64,000 nt of DNA from an uncultured Chloroflexia bacterium (GCA_963774265.1 CAVZDU010000002.1:288001-352000); one strand, 5' to 3'. Shown: positions 29,472 through 40,535, numbered from the stretch's first letter. Notes: generated by a model not told the origin, from the letters alone. Made by a program: numbers and translations.

Positions 29472-30560
29472 ATGAGACGCGCTATTTTCGGGCTACTGAT
29501 CTTCATCGCGGCCTTCAACGCGGGATGCAGCGGCGCGGACCTGTCTGCCGCGTACTTGGAGGCGAACCGTTCCCGGCTGGCGACGCCTGCCGCGTCAGAG
29601 GACCAATCCACGCAGTTCGTCGTTGCGCCAGGGTCCAGCGCGCGATCCATCAGCCAGAACCTAGCAGACCGGGGCCTGATTGAAGATGCCCGGCTGTTCG
29701 AGGCGTATGTCAGGGTGAACGGTCTCTCGGGAAAGCTGGAGGCGGGGACATTCCAGCTCAGCCCCCATATGACCATCCCCCAGATCGCATACGCGCTGAC
29801 GGATGCGCGGGCGGCAGAAATCACGTTACGACTACGCGAAGGCTGGCGCTTCGAGCAAACAGCCGATTACCTTTCCCAGAACACCCCGCTGGACGGCACC
29901 GAGTATCGCCAGCGCGCAACGCAGAATGTCCTGACCGGCATCGACACCATCACTTACGAGTTCCTCCAGGCGCGACCTCCGGGTGCGACGCTTGAGGGGT
30001 ACTTAGCGCCGGATACGTACCGCCTGCCGGCTGAGGGCGCAACGGTGCTTGACCTGATGAAGCGGCAGTTAGACGCCTTCCGCGACAGAGTTATGCCTTT
30101 GTGGCGCGAGGCACAGACCGCAGGAACGACAAAACTGACCTTGCACGAAGTGCTGGTCATGGCGAGCATCGTAGAGCGCGAGGCGGTCATCGACGACGAG
30201 CGGCCGACCATCGCGGGCGTGTATCTCAATCGTGTGGCGCGCGGGATGAGACTGGAGGCGGACCCAACGGTGCAGTACGCCATGGGCTATCAGGCGGACA
30301 GCGGGTTGTGGTGGAAGGCGCCGGTTTATCTGGAGGAGTATGGGAAGGTCGAAAGTCCTTACAACACGTACAAGGTTTCGGGGCTGCCGCCGGGACCGAT
30401 CTGCGCGCCTGGCCTGGCGAGCATCAGCGCGGTATTGAATCCTGAGCAGCACGACTATCTGTTCTTCATGGCCAAGGGCGACGGAAGCGGACGGCATTCG
30501 TTTGCCAGGACTTTTGACGAGCACCTCAAAAATGTGGATGCATATCGGCAGGGCAAGTAG
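29472..30560 (+). CDS. mltG: Endolytic transglycosylase MltG (YceG)
   Basis: [38 protein letters not shown]...GLPPGPI and YLFF. Confidence 0.92.
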   Translation: MRRAIFGLLIFIAAFNAGCSGADLSAAYLEANRSRLATPAASEDQSTQFVVAPGSSARSISQNLADRGLIEDARLFEAYVRVNGLSGKLEAGTFQLSPHMTIPQIAYALTDARAAEITLRLREGWRFEQTADYLSQNTPLDGTEYRQRATQNVLTGIDTITYEFLQARPPGATLEGYLAPDTYRLPAEGATVLDLMKRQLDAFRDRVMPLWREAQTAGTTKLTLHEVLVMASIVEREAVIDDERPTIAGVYLNRVARGMRLEADPTVQYAMGYQADSGLWWKAPVYLEEYGKVESPYNTYKVSGLPPGPICAPGLASISAVLNPEQHDYLFFMAKGDGSGRHSFARTFDEHLKNVDAYRQGK

Positions 30561-30609
30561 GCGCGCGTCCTCCTGCGCGGTGTGGCGTCATCTCCTATAG
30601 TGTTTCGGT

Positions 30610-33558
30610 GTGGAGGAGAGGATGGGAATGAAGCACCTCCTCGGAAGAGAGAAACCGGATTTCTGGCCTAAACAGAAACCTGGTTTCTTTGTCCTCGCGC
30701 TCTTGGCCCTGTTGCTTTCCGCGTGCGTCGCTCCCACCCAACAGCTTGGCCCGCGGCCCGGACAAACCCCGTTGGAGGCGGCTGAGGCTTATCTGCAACG
30801 CTTCCAACCCGGCGTGACTCCCCGGGTCTTCCAGACCACGCGAATCCTTGACCGCCGCGGAACGCTGATTGCTGAGCTTTGGAATGAGGGGCGGCGCACG
30901 TGGATCCCCCTCAGCCGCGTATCTCGGCACCTCATTGACGCCACAATCGCAGCGGAAGATTCCACCTTCTACATCAACTCCGGCGTGGACACGGTACGAG
31001 TGCTGGGCGCGGCCTTACAGAATTACGAGGAAGGCGGGGTCGTATCGGGAGCGTCGACCATCACAATGCAGCTCGCGCGCAACCTTTTCCTGGACCCTGA
31101 CGAACGCTTCGAGCAGTCGATGGATCGGAAGATGCTCGAAGCCGCGCTGGCGCAGGAGCTGACCACCCTCTTCTCCAAGGATGAGATCCTGGAGATGTAT
31201 CTCAACCTTGCCAACTACAGTCATATTGCCTATGGACCAGAAGCTGCAAGCCAGATCTTTTTCGCCAAATCCGCTTCAGCGCTGACCCTTGCCGAGGCCT
31301 CATTGATCGCTGGCATCCCCCAACGACCGGCTATCTACGATCCCTTCACTAACCTGCCTGCAGTCAAGGAACGGCAGCGCACAGTGCTCGACATGATGGT
31401 GCGGCACGGATACTTGACATCAGCGGCCGCTGACGCCGCGTATCAGGAACCGATTGTGCTCAACCCCGACCCGGATCGCCGCATCAATCTTCTGCCTCAT
31501 TATGTAAACTACGTTGCCGACGTGCTCGATGCACGACTGGGATCTGGCGCAGGGCTGCGTTCCGGTTTAACGATCACAGGCACGCTGGACATTCGATTCC
31601 AGAATCTGGCACAAGAGATCGTCGCCAAGCAGGTTAAGGCGCTGCAGCCGAAACATGACCTGAGCAACGGTGCGCTGGTCGCCATGCTGCCCTACAGCGG
31701 TGAGATACTCGCGATGGTAGGCAGCGCGGACTTCAACAACGTCGAAATCGCAGGACAAGTGAACGTTACCCGTTCACTCCGTCAACCGGGCAGCGCCATA
31801 AAGCCAGTGCTTTACGCGGCCGCCATGGACGACTTATTGATCTCACCTGCAACCGTGTTGTGGGACATTCCCGTTTCCTATCCGATCACCGGCACGCAGC
31901 CCTATGCACCGGTGAACTACGACGGAAAGTTCCACGGGCCTGTCACCGTGCGCACCGCCCTTGCAAACTCCTACAACGTGCCTGCGGTCAAGCTCCTCGA
32001 AGCGGTGACCGTGGACCGGATGTTGCGGGGAGCAGAGGTTATGGGTGTCCGCAGCCTGTCGAAGTCTGAAACCAATTTCGGCCTTGCGCTTACGCTGGGT
32101 GGCGGCGACGTCACGCTGCTCGAACTGACCACGGCGTACAATGTGCTCGCGTCGGATGGCCGCTCGATTGCGCCCGAGCCGATCCTCCAGGCAGTGGACG
32201 CGTATGGCCGCCCCGTACTCAATGCGCGGCGACCCCAGGGCGAGCCGCTGCAGGCCGTGAGCTCCAGCACCGCGTTCCTGCTGACCGATATCCTGGCGGA
32301 CAACGAAGCTCGGAAGCCGATGTTCGGCGCGAACAGCTCGCTTCTTCTCAGCAAGCCCGCAGCCGCGAAGACCGGCACCACGGACGATTGGCGTGACAAC
32401 TGGACCGTCGGCTATACGCGCTTCCTGGTGGCAGGGGCATGGACAGGTAACAGCGACGGTCATCCCATGAAGCGGGTGAGCGGCATCGCGGGCGCCGCGC
32501 CCATCTGGCACGAGTTCATGGAGGCGGTGCTAAAGCAGCCGGAGTTGCTGGCCGTCATCGGAGCCGCGGACCCGGCTGATGAGGCGGCCTGGCAGTTCGC
32601 GGCGCCCTCGGACGTGGAGCTGCGGGACGTATGCCCCCCGCAGATGAAGTGTCGCCAGGGTGGCGAGTACTTCAGCAAAGCGTGGCTCGATGCGGCCGGC
32701 GAGTCGGGTCCATTAGCCGATAGCGTGGCGCAAGTTCCATCCGCGCCCGTGTACGCATCGCGACCCGACTCCGGCCGCTGGACTGCCTATTGCCGTACCG
32801 AGCCGGCCGCGGTGCGCGGGTTGCTGAAACTGCCGGGACCGCTGGGGCTGCCGAAGCCGGGCGAGGCAAACGCAGACAGCCTCCCGGTGGCATCGGAAGG
32901 TGCGTCACGCCTGGTCTCCTACACCCTGCAGGAGAACCCGGCCGCGCAGCCAACCGGCGCATCACGATCGCCGCGGCAGGTCGACATCCTGAAAGCGGTG
33001 GCGTGGAGCCTGCGCACGCCGACGCCGGTCGATTTAGGACCGTGCGACTCCTTGCAGGAGACCGTGCGGCAGGCGCTGCGGGCCGATCCCAGGCAGGGCG
33101 ACGCTGCGCTATCCGTTTCGGCTGACCTCGACGCGGCCATGAACCCGAACGCAGGACCGGTTGCGGGCAACCTGCCCTCCGCTACAGACAACGCAGTCCC
33201 AGTCATCGGCGCTTCGCCCGGCGAATTCCGCTTTGCGCTCGGTCAAGCCATCCAAAACCATAGCAGTTGCCCCGGTCACTACATCACCGGCTCGGTGCTC
33301 ACCCAGAAGGGCGCGCCCATGGGCGGCGTGCGTATCGTAATGGTCGACGAATGGGGCAACCGCGCCGAGGCAGTTAGCAAGACCGGTGCGTCCGATGCCG
33401 GGCAATACGACTTCCCCGTCAATAGCTTCGCCAACAGTTACACACTCACCATTGTGGACAACAACGGCATCCCCATTAGTGCGCCGGTCACCATCGAACA
33501 CCTCCAGGGCTACGGCGGTGATTCTCCGTGCCATACGGTCGTGTGGCAAGCATATTGA
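30610..33558 (+). CDS. Class A penicillin-binding protein (transglycosylase + transpeptidase) with long C-terminal extension
   Basis: AAEDSTFY, GASTITMQLARN, KDEILEMYLN, RQPGSAIK, SYN and KTGT. The C-terminal beta-rich domain resembles a carboxypeptidase-regulatory-like fold. Confidence 0.92.
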   Translation: MEERMGMKHLLGREKPDFWPKQKPGFFVLALLALLLSACVAPTQQLGPRPGQTPLEAAEAYLQRFQPGVTPRVFQTTRILDRRGTLIAELWNEGRRTWIPLSRVSRHLIDATIAAEDSTFYINSGVDTVRVLGAALQNYEEGGVVSGASTITMQLARNLFLDPDERFEQSMDRKMLEAALAQELTTLFSKDEILEMYLNLANYSHIAYGPEAASQIFFAKSASALTLAEASLIAGIPQRPAIYDPFTNLPAVKERQRTVLDMMVRHGYLTSAAADAAYQEPIVLNPDPDRRINLLPHYVNYVADVLDARLGSGAGLRSGLTITGTLDIRFQNLAQEIVAKQVKALQPKHDLSNGALVAMLPYSGEILAMVGSADFNNVEIAGQVNVTRSLRQPGSAIKPVLYAAAMDDLLISPATVLWDIPVSYPITGTQPYAPVNYDGKFHGPVTVRTALANSYNVPAVKLLEAVTVDRMLRGAEVMGVRSLSKSETNFGLALTLGGGDVTLLELTTAYNVLASDGRSIAPEPILQAVDAYGRPVLNARRPQGEPLQAVSSSTAFLLTDILADNEARKPMFGANSSLLLSKPAAAKTGTTDDWRDNWTVGYTRFLVAGAWTGNSDGHPMKRVSGIAGAAPIWHEFMEAVLKQPELLAVIGAADPADEAAWQFAAPSDVELRDVCPPQMKCRQGGEYFSKAWLDAAGESGPLADSVAQVPSAPVYASRPDSGRWTAYCRTEPAAVRGLLKLPGPLGLPKPGEANADSLPVASEGASRLVSYTLQENPAAQPTGASRSPRQVDILKAVAWSLRTPTPVDLGPCDSLQETVRQALRADPRQGDAALSVSADLDAAMNPNAGPVAGNLPSATDNAVPVIGASPGEFRFALGQAIQNHSSCPGHYITGSVLTQKGAPMGGVRIVMVDEWGNRAEAVSKTGASDAGQYDFPVNSFANSYTLTIVDNNGIPISAPVTIEHLQGYGGDSPCHTVVWQAY

Positions 33559-33677
33559 CACGCAATTCGGGAATCAGAGCGCTCCTTTGACTTTTAGGGC
33601 TGTGCGCACTAAACTGACTGCTGCCCCGTCAGAATGCGGGGCATAGTTCTGTCCAGAGACCTCATGAGGAGTCCCAC

Positions 33678-34625
33678 ATGATCGTTACCACCGCTCAATT
33701 ATTTAAGGTCGCCTACGGCAAGTTCGCCATCGGCGCGTACAACATCAACAACATGGAACAGGCGCTGGGCCTGTTTCAGGGCAACATCGCCGCGCAGGCG
33801 CCGTTCATCATCCAGATCTCGAAGGGCGCGCGCAAATACGCCGGCACCCAGATGATTGAAGCAATCATCCGTGCAGCCGAAAAGATGTATCCCGAAGCCA
33901 TTTTCGCGGTCCACCTGGATCATGGGGACGAGGCGACGTGCTACGATTGCATTGATTCCGGCTTCTATTCGTCGGTGATGATCGATGCATCGCACGAGCC
34001 ATTCGAGAAGAACGTCGAGATCACCCGACGCGTCGTCGAAGCGGCGCACGCCAAGGGCCTGTCGGTCGAGTCGGAGTTGGGTATGCTGGGTGGCGTGGAA
34101 GAAGACATCAAGGTCGACGAAAAGAACGCACGGCTTACCGACCCTGCCGAGGCAAAAGCCTTCGTTGAGCAGACCGGCTGCGACAGCCTTGCGGTGGCGA
34201 TGGGTACAAGTCATGGGGCATACAAGTTCAAGGGCCAACAGTCGCTGCACTTTGAGGTCATCGAGGGCATTCAGAAGGTGCTGCCGGGCTACCCGCTCGT
34301 GATGCACGGTTCATCGTCAGTGCCCCAAGAGGAGGTTCTGCGCATCAATGCGGCTGGCGGCGCGCTCGATCCGTCAGCTCGAGGAGTGAATGCGGATGAG
34401 TTGCTGCGTGCTGCGTCGCTGGGTGTGACCAAAATCAACATCGACACCGACGGCCGCCTGGTCTGGACGCGCGTGCACCGCGAATACTTCCGCGACAACC
34501 CGAAGGAATTTGACTTCCGCCCCGTTGGTAAGGCCTTCGTCGCCGCGTACGCGAGCTTCCTCGAGGAGCGATCGAAGAAGTTGGGGTCCGCAGGGCAGTT
34601 GGCCGCAGTGCGGGCCGCGCTCTGA
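33678..34625 (+). CDS. fba: Class II fructose-bisphosphate aldolase
   Basis: GAYNINNME, VHLDHG, SSVMID.S, GTSHGAYK, LVMHGSS and KINIDTD. Confidence 0.93.
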   Translation: MIVTTAQLFKVAYGKFAIGAYNINNMEQALGLFQGNIAAQAPFIIQISKGARKYAGTQMIEAIIRAAEKMYPEAIFAVHLDHGDEATCYDCIDSGFYSSVMIDASHEPFEKNVEITRRVVEAAHAKGLSVESELGMLGGVEEDIKVDEKNARLTDPAEAKAFVEQTGCDSLAVAMGTSHGAYKFKGQQSLHFEVIEGIQKVLPGYPLVMHGSSSVPQEEVLRINAAGGALDPSARGVNADELLRAASLGVTKINIDTDGRLVWTRVHREYFRDNPKEFDFRPVGKAFVAAYASFLEERSKKLGSAGQLAAVRAAL

Positions 34626-34655
34626 AACTCGGCCTTCGGATTCCGACCGCAACCC

Positions 34656-34689
34656 AGGCGCCCGGCACGTGCGCAAGTGCCGGGCACCT
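34656..34689. terminator. Stem-loop between convergent genes
   Basis: AGGCGCCCGGCAC / GTGCCGGGCACCT inverted repeat. Confidence 0.5.
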
Positions 34690-34699
34690 CTCGGTTACA

Positions 34700-36502
34700 T
34701 CACAGCTGACAATAGAGGTCGATCTTTTCACCAATGACCGCAAGGCTGTTCTCCCAAAAACTGCGGCTGCGGATATCGATGCCGAAGCGGGCAGCCAGAT
34801 CCGCCGCGCGGCCCTCGCCGGTTGATGCGAGCAGATTGATGTAGTCAGGGACGAACGCCGCGCCGCGCTGCTGGTAGATGGCATAAAGGCCCGTGCCAAA
34901 CAACAACCCGAAGGCATACGGATAGTTGTAAAAGGACAGCTCCGTGCGGTAGTAGTGCGGCTTCCAGGTCCACATGTAAGGATGCAGATACCGCTCGTCC
35001 ACCCCATCGCCATATGTGACCACCTGGGCCCGGCGCATGATATCGCACAGGTCGACGGCCGACAGCTCACCTCCCTCCCGCCGCTCGAAAACTTCCTTCT
35101 CGAACAAGTAGCGCGAGTAGATGTCGACAATTACCTGCGCGTCGCCGATCAGCGATGTCTCCAGGATGTTGAGTTGCTCCGCGGGATCGGTCGTCTCAGC
35201 CAACACGGCCTGCATCACCACGGTCTCGCACATGATCGATGCAGTCTCGGCCAGAACCATCGGTGTGTCGCTCTGGAGCGGAGTCTTGCCTGCGACAAAG
35301 TGACACTCGTTGTGGAACGCATGACCCAGCTCGTGCGCGAGGGTGGACACCTGGTCCAACGAACCGTCGAAGTTGCTCAACACACGCGATTCGCGTGGGG
35401 CCCAGACCTTCATGCAGAACGCACCGCCCCGCTTGCCCTCTCGCTGCTCCGCGTCAATCCAGCCGCCATCAAACGCGCGCCGCGCCAGGTCCTCCAATTT
35501 GGGCGAAAAAGAGCCGAAGTGCTTCAGAATGAAGCAGCGCGCCTCATCGAACGTGTAGACCATCTTGCTCTCGCCGGCAGGCGCCCACAAGTCCCACCAT
35601 GCCAACCGCTCCTTGCCCAGCCGCTTTGCCTTCTTGTGCCAGTACTTGCGGAAGGTTGGGAAGGAATCGACCATCGCGCCAAGCATCGCGTCCAGCGTCT
35701 GCCGGTCAATTCGCGATTCGTCTACCGGCGCATGAAGCGCATCGGTCCGCCCCCGGCGGCGGTTCAGCGTATTGGCCGTACCCTTGATGCCGTTCATACA
35801 TGCTGCCAATGGCTCGCGGGCGGAAGCGAGGAGCGCGATCTCCGCATCGTAGGCGCGATGGCGCACCTCTTCCGACGGATGCGAATGCAGATTGATCAGC
35901 GCGGGAAGTGGCAGCCTGGTGACTTCGCCATCAAGCTCAAGCTCCGTGGTCAGCTGCGAAGTGATGACGCCTTGAAGGTTGCCCCACAGGTTCGTGCTGC
36001 TGAGGGAAAGTTCTGCGGCCAACCCTTCAAGCGCTTCGGGCATGAGGTATTTGCTCTGGTCGACCATTTCAGTCAACGCAAACGCATGTGTTGCGGCAAT
36101 CTCATCTTCCGCAAGCAATTGGTCGAGCACCGGAGCCAGCTTGCCCATCAGGGCCCGGAAACGCGTGCCGAGTTGCTTGAGCCGCACACTGACCAGGTCC
36201 AGTTCGGACTCCAGCCGTCGAGCCACAGTATCGCGGGAATCCGTGGCGACAAATGAAGTCATGTACGGCCTGAGAGTGCCGGCCTGATCGTACAAGCTGT
36301 TGAACCGCCGGATAACATCGCCGACCAGCAGCGCACATGCGGCGGGTTGAGCGCCGGGACTGAGGTTGGCAACGCGCTCGTCGAACAGGCTCTCCAGCGC
36401 GCTCACCTGCTGTTCGTAGCACGTCATCGCGGCGGTGAACTCAGCAGACTGCAGGCCCGGGTAGACGTTGGAGAGGTCCCAGCGCGGGGGATTGGTGAAC
36501 AT
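34700..36502 (-). CDS. Second M3B oligoendopeptidase (PepF family)
   Basis: RWDLSNVYP, GKRGGAFC, TLAHELGHAFH, AETAS and FYNYPYAFG. Confidence 0.92.
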   Translation of the reverse strand: MFTNPPRWDLSNVYPGLQSAEFTAAMTCYEQQVSALESLFDERVANLSPGAQPAACALLVGDVIRRFNSLYDQAGTLRPYMTSFVATDSRDTVARRLESELDLVSVRLKQLGTRFRALMGKLAPVLDQLLAEDEIAATHAFALTEMVDQSKYLMPEALEGLAAELSLSSTNLWGNLQGVITSQLTTELELDGEVTRLPLPALINLHSHPSEEVRHRAYDAEIALLASAREPLAACMNGIKGTANTLNRRRGRTDALHAPVDESRIDRQTLDAMLGAMVDSFPTFRKYWHKKAKRLGKERLAWWDLWAPAGESKMVYTFDEARCFILKHFGSFSPKLEDLARRAFDGGWIDAEQREGKRGGAFCMKVWAPRESRVLSNFDGSLDQVSTLAHELGHAFHNECHFVAGKTPLQSDTPMVLAETASIMCETVVMQAVLAETTDPAEQLNILETSLIGDAQVIVDIYSRYLFEKEVFERREGGELSAVDLCDIMRRAQVVTYGDGVDERYLHPYMWTWKPHYYRTELSFYNYPYAFGLLFGTGLYAIYQQRGAAFVPDYINLLASTGEGRAADLAARFGIDIRSRSFWENSLAVIGEKIDLYCQL

Positions 36503-36575
36503 GCCTGGCTCCTTTTGCACGAGATGCTGATGTAACCCCACCATTATACGCGCTTCGCTGCGGCAAGTCACAACC

Positions 36576-37127
36576 CTAGTGCAGACGCTTCCGCGGCAGA
36601 AACGCCCAGGCCAGCACACCCACTCCAGCAGCGATGATCAACACCGGGACGGCGACCCGCCCGATCGGTCCGCTGCGCAGGCCGTTGAGGTTCAGGATCA
36701 GCTCGAAGAGAATCACAAAGAAGAGGAAGATCACGATCCCGATCCCGGCCAGTGCAGAGCCCGCTCGCACCGCCTTCTGATCTTCTCCCCACATGCCAGC
36801 AACGGCAATGCCAATGCCGACTGCAGTGGGAGCAATCAACGCCCAGGCATACGCCCATGTCGACCAGAGCCCAGCCAGGTTCTGTATGAAAAGAATGACG
36901 CCGGCCATCGTGATGATGCTGCCGGGGACAGCGAGCGGCGCGCCGGGCTTACCGATGACGACCATCCCCACGAAGAAAAGCAGCCCGGGAATGATAATGA
37001 AAAACGGCCACAGTGTGCCCCAGATATTGATGCGCAAGATGGTCCCAAGCAGAAAGAGCACGCCGAAGGCGACCAGTCCCAGCCCGATTGCCAGGGTTGC
37101 TATGCTATGAATGCGGTCAGCTTTCAC
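36576..37127 (-). CDS. Multi-TM membrane protein (LiaF/LiaI-like N-terminus)
   Basis: G..L...G..FLL...LWPFFII.PG repeated hydrophobic units. AAGGAG RBS before a GTG start. Confidence 0.7.
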   Translation of the reverse strand: MKADRIHSIATLAIGLGLVAFGVLFLLGTILRINIWGTLWPFFIIIPGLLFFVGMVVIGKPGAPLAVPGSIITMAGVILFIQNLAGLWSTWAYAWALIAPTAVGIGIAVAGMWGEDQKAVRAGSALAGIGIVIFLFFVILFELILNLNGLRSGPIGRVAVPVLIIAAGVGVLAWAFLPRKRLH

Positions 37128-37343
37128 TGGATGACTCCTTGGTGCATATAGCCTGCACCCTTCTCTACGAGGTGAGAGCCGATTTTGTTGCGAGGAAAGG
37201 GAAAGAGGATGTGTGTGACGAATCACATGGCGTCAGCTGCCAAATCCTTGGGATGCGTGATATAGCGGCAACCCATCCATCTTTGGGGTATGGAATGGGA
37301 AGCACTATACTCTGGGACAGTCGCTTTCGTTGGGAGAATTGTA

Positions 37344-38240
37344 TTGAAGAAGAACGGGACGCTGAGTGCGTTTTTGGCTTACGCCATGTGGGGTGTACTG
37401 CCGCTCTATTGGAAGGGCTTGCACCAGCTGCCGGCCACGGAGATCCTGGCTCACCGCATCGTGTGGTCGCTGGTCTTTATCGCTGGGGTGCTGCTGGTCA
37501 CGCGGCGATGGGGTTGGTTGGCCGATGTGGTGCGGCGGCCCGGGGGCTATCTGCGCTTTGTCGCCACCGCGCTGATCCTCGCAGTCAATTACGGCGTCTA
37601 TCTGTGGGCTAACAACAGCGGCCACCTCGTCGAGGCCAGCCTGGGCTATTTCATCAACCCGCTGGTCAACGTGCTGTTGGGCATGATCTTCCTGCGAGAG
37701 CGGCTGCGGCCCGGCCAAACCGTGGCCATCGTCATCGCGCTGCTCGGCGTAGCCTATCTGACCTTCAGCTATGGCCGGCTCCCGTGGATCGCGCTGACAC
37801 TGGCGCTCACATTCGGCGTGTACGGGCTCCTTCGCAAGACCGCAACCCTCGGGTCCATCGAGGGGCTCACGCTGGAGATGGCGCTTCTCTTCGTGCCCTC
37901 GGTGGCGCTGCTCACTGTACTCGGCATACAGGGTGTTGGCGCATTCGGCCAATCTGATGCGAGGACGACCCTCCTGATGCTCGGCGCGGGTGCAGCCACG
38001 GCCATCCCGATGATCTTTTTCACGTTCGGCGCGCGCCGCGTGACAATGACGACGCTCGGCATCCTCCAGTACATTGCTCCGACGCTTCAGTTCATGATCG
38101 GCGTTTTCGCATTTGGGGAGGGCTTCGACCAAAGCCGTCTCATCGGCTTTGTCATGATCTGGATCGCACTCGCGATTTACTGGATCGAAGGGTACAGCGT
38201 GTATCGGAGGCGGAATGGGACGCTGATCGAACGAATCTGA
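37344..38240 (+). CDS. rarD: EamA-family transporter RarD
   Basis: AY.MWG.LPLYWK, HRIVWS, EASLGYFINPL and G.LQYIAPTLQF. Confidence 0.92.
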   Translation: MKKNGTLSAFLAYAMWGVLPLYWKGLHQLPATEILAHRIVWSLVFIAGVLLVTRRWGWLADVVRRPGGYLRFVATALILAVNYGVYLWANNSGHLVEASLGYFINPLVNVLLGMIFLRERLRPGQTVAIVIALLGVAYLTFSYGRLPWIALTLALTFGVYGLLRKTATLGSIEGLTLEMALLFVPSVALLTVLGIQGVGAFGQSDARTTLLMLGAGAATAIPMIFFTFGARRVTMTTLGILQYIAPTLQFMIGVFAFGEGFDQSRLIGFVMIWIALAIYWIEGYSVYRRRNGTLIERI

Positions 38241-38262
38241 CTGAAGGACAATCGCCTCAAAG

Positions 38263-38295
38263 ACGAGCCGGGCACTTTCGAAGCGCCCGGCTCGT
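38263..38295. terminator. Stem-loop between convergent rarD and tryptophanase
   Basis: ACGAGCCGGGC / GCCCGGCTCGT inverted repeat. Confidence 0.55.
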
Positions 38296-38327
38296 GGTGA
38301 CAATCAGTTGAAGCTGCGTCCTATCCT

Positions 38328-39773
38328 CTACATTTCCACGCCGTATTCCGCTTTGAACGCGGCCGCCAGTTCTTCGGCCCAGCCATCAACCGGCGCAAGG
38401 CGTCCAAAGAAGAAACGCAGCACCGGCGGCTCATGGACGAACCTCAGACCGCGGACCAACTCGCGGTGGCGATACAGCCATGCGATGCGATCGACCGCGT
38501 ACTCGATGTGCGACATTGTATACGTTCGCCGCGGCACGGCCAACCGCGCCAGCTCCAGGTCAGCCAACATCTCTTTTCCGTCGCGGTCACGGTCAGTCGA
38601 GATGGTCCCACGCTCCATGCTGCGCACGCCCGAGGCCAGGTAGATGGCCGCGGCCAACGCGCCGGCCGGATATTGCGTCTGCGGGATGTGAGGGACAAAT
38701 CGCGTCGCATCGACGTGACAGGCCAGCCCGCCCGCGGGCGTCACAACCGGCACCCCCTCCTCTGCCAGCCGCTCGACGAAGTAGCGAACGAATTCAGCGC
38801 CGCTGCCGGCGACCATGGGGTCGCACATTTCGCGCAGCCCCACCGCCATCGCCTCGATCTCTTTGGTCGACATGCCGCCATAGGTCGCGAACCCCTCATA
38901 CACCGGCAGCCAGAACAGGATATCATTATAGTATTTATCGTCGTTCGTGGCGATCAGACCCCCGCGCACTGCAGCGGACTTACGGCCAGACAGGTAGAGG
39001 ATATCGACGTAGGCCATCATCTGCTGGATGATCTCCGCGATGGAGGATCCCTGGCACCCGGGCTCACGCTCACGAACCAGGAACGCATTCTCAGAGATCA
39101 AACTGGCATCGAAAACGAGCGGGATCTTGTGGCGGGAGGCAATCTCTTTGACCCCGCGCAGGTTGTCCATGGAGAAGGGTTGACCGCCGATGAGGTTGGT
39201 GGTCGCTTCCATACGGATGAAGCCGACGTTCTCTGCGCCCACTCTGTCGATCGCGGCCTGCAGGCGACCGAGGTCCATGTTGCCCTTGAATGGCTCAGCC
39301 GAGTCGGTATTGAGTGCTTCGTCGCCGAACAGTTCCAGCACCGTGCCACCAGCCAGCTCCACGTGTGCGCGGGTCGTCGTGAAATGATAATTCATAATGG
39401 CGTAGCTGCCGGGCTTGATGAAGACCTTGGCGAGCAGATGCTCGGCCGCGCGGCCCTGATGGACGGGCAGCGTGTGCTTGAACCCAAAAACGTCGCTCAC
39501 TGCATCGGCAAGCCGGTAGAAACTCTCGCTGCCCGCATACGCGTCATCGGCAACCATCATCGCGGCGAGCTGATTGTCGCTCATCGCGTTGGTGCCGCTG
39601 TCGGTCAGCATGTCGAGGAAGACGTCGCGGGTGCGCAGAAGGAAGGTGTTGTAGCCGGCATCGCCCATGGCAGCCAGCCGCCGATCAATCGGGGGCAGAT
39701 CGGTGCGTTGCACGATTTTGACCTTGTGCGCCTCCACCGGGATCTGTTTGCCGTTGCTCAGTCGAACGTACAT
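38328..39773 (-). CDS. tnaA: Tryptophanase (beta-eliminating lyase; tyrosine phenol-lyase not excluded)
   Basis: YNTFLL, DMLTDSGT.AMS, HQGRAAE, HFTTTR, GGQPFS, S.RK (PLP lysine), EGF.TYGG and RLAVPRR.Y. Confidence 0.85.
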   Translation of the reverse strand: MYVRLSNGKQIPVEAHKVKIVQRTDLPPIDRRLAAMGDAGYNTFLLRTRDVFLDMLTDSGTNAMSDNQLAAMMVADDAYAGSESFYRLADAVSDVFGFKHTLPVHQGRAAEHLLAKVFIKPGSYAIMNYHFTTTRAHVELAGGTVLELFGDEALNTDSAEPFKGNMDLGRLQAAIDRVGAENVGFIRMEATTNLIGGQPFSMDNLRGVKEIASRHKIPLVFDASLISENAFLVREREPGCQGSSIAEIIQQMMAYVDILYLSGRKSAAVRGGLIATNDDKYYNDILFWLPVYEGFATYGGMSTKEIEAMAVGLREMCDPMVAGSGAEFVRYFVERLAEEGVPVVTPAGGLACHVDATRFVPHIPQTQYPAGALAAAIYLASGVRSMERGTISTDRDRDGKEMLADLELARLAVPRRTYTMSHIEYAVDRIAWLYRHRELVRGLRFVHEPPVLRFFFGRLAPVDGWAEELAAAFKAEYGVEM

Positions 39774-40160
39774 ACTCTGGTCCTCCATACTGAGTGATAG
39801 GCCAGGTCGACAAGCGTCGGGCACAACGAGGTTTAGAGCGGGGCTGCCTGGAGCTGCGCGAGGGCGCCGGTCCATTTGCGGACCGGGTAGCGAAATCAGC
39901 GTCGGGCAACACATCCGTCTGGACCACTTCTGGCTGTGTACGACTCGACGCTGAGGCCTGGTGAGGTGATTAGCCTGCCACGGGGCAGGTTGTGATGCGG
40001 TAGTGCAGTATAGGCCAGATCGTATGGAATGGGCAAGTTGCCAACTTCAGGGTGCGCCCGCGCGTCGCTATGGGACAAAAATCGCTGTGCGATGGGGCTC
40101 CCATGATATAATTCGACAAAGGTAAGCGGTTGAGGCTGATTCTTCCACTGAGGTGAACGC

Positions 40161-40535
40161 GTGGCACGCATCGAACTAACGAGCCAACACCCGCGCATGA
40201 CGCGGGAGGCGCGGACGATTGAGGCGATGATATCCATCTATTGTCACGATAAGCACGGGACGCCCGGCGAGGTGTTGTGCGACGAATGCACGAGACTGGT
40301 GAAATATGCAGGGCTGCGCCTGGAAAAGTGCCCGTACCAGGAGCACAAGACGACGTGCGTGAAGTGCCCCACGCATTGTTACAAGCCCGACCTGCGTGCA
40401 GAAGTGCGCGAGGTTATGCGATACGCAGGGCCTCGCATGATGAGGAAGCATCCCTTTCTGGCCCTTATGCACCTGTTGGTCGATGGCCGCCGCGGGACGC
40501 CGACACGCGCCGCCAAAACGCAGAACGCATCCTGA
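40161..40535 (+). CDS. YgbA-like (nitrous-oxide-stimulated promoter family) Cys-rich protein
   Basis: RE..TI..MI.IYC...H, LC.EC, RL.KCP, C..C..HCYKP and VMRYAGPRM. Confidence 0.85.
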   Translation: MARIELTSQHPRMTREARTIEAMISIYCHDKHGTPGEVLCDECTRLVKYAGLRLEKCPYQEHKTTCVKCPTHCYKPDLRAEVREVMRYAGPRMMRKHPFLALMHLLVDGRRGTPTRAAKTQNAS

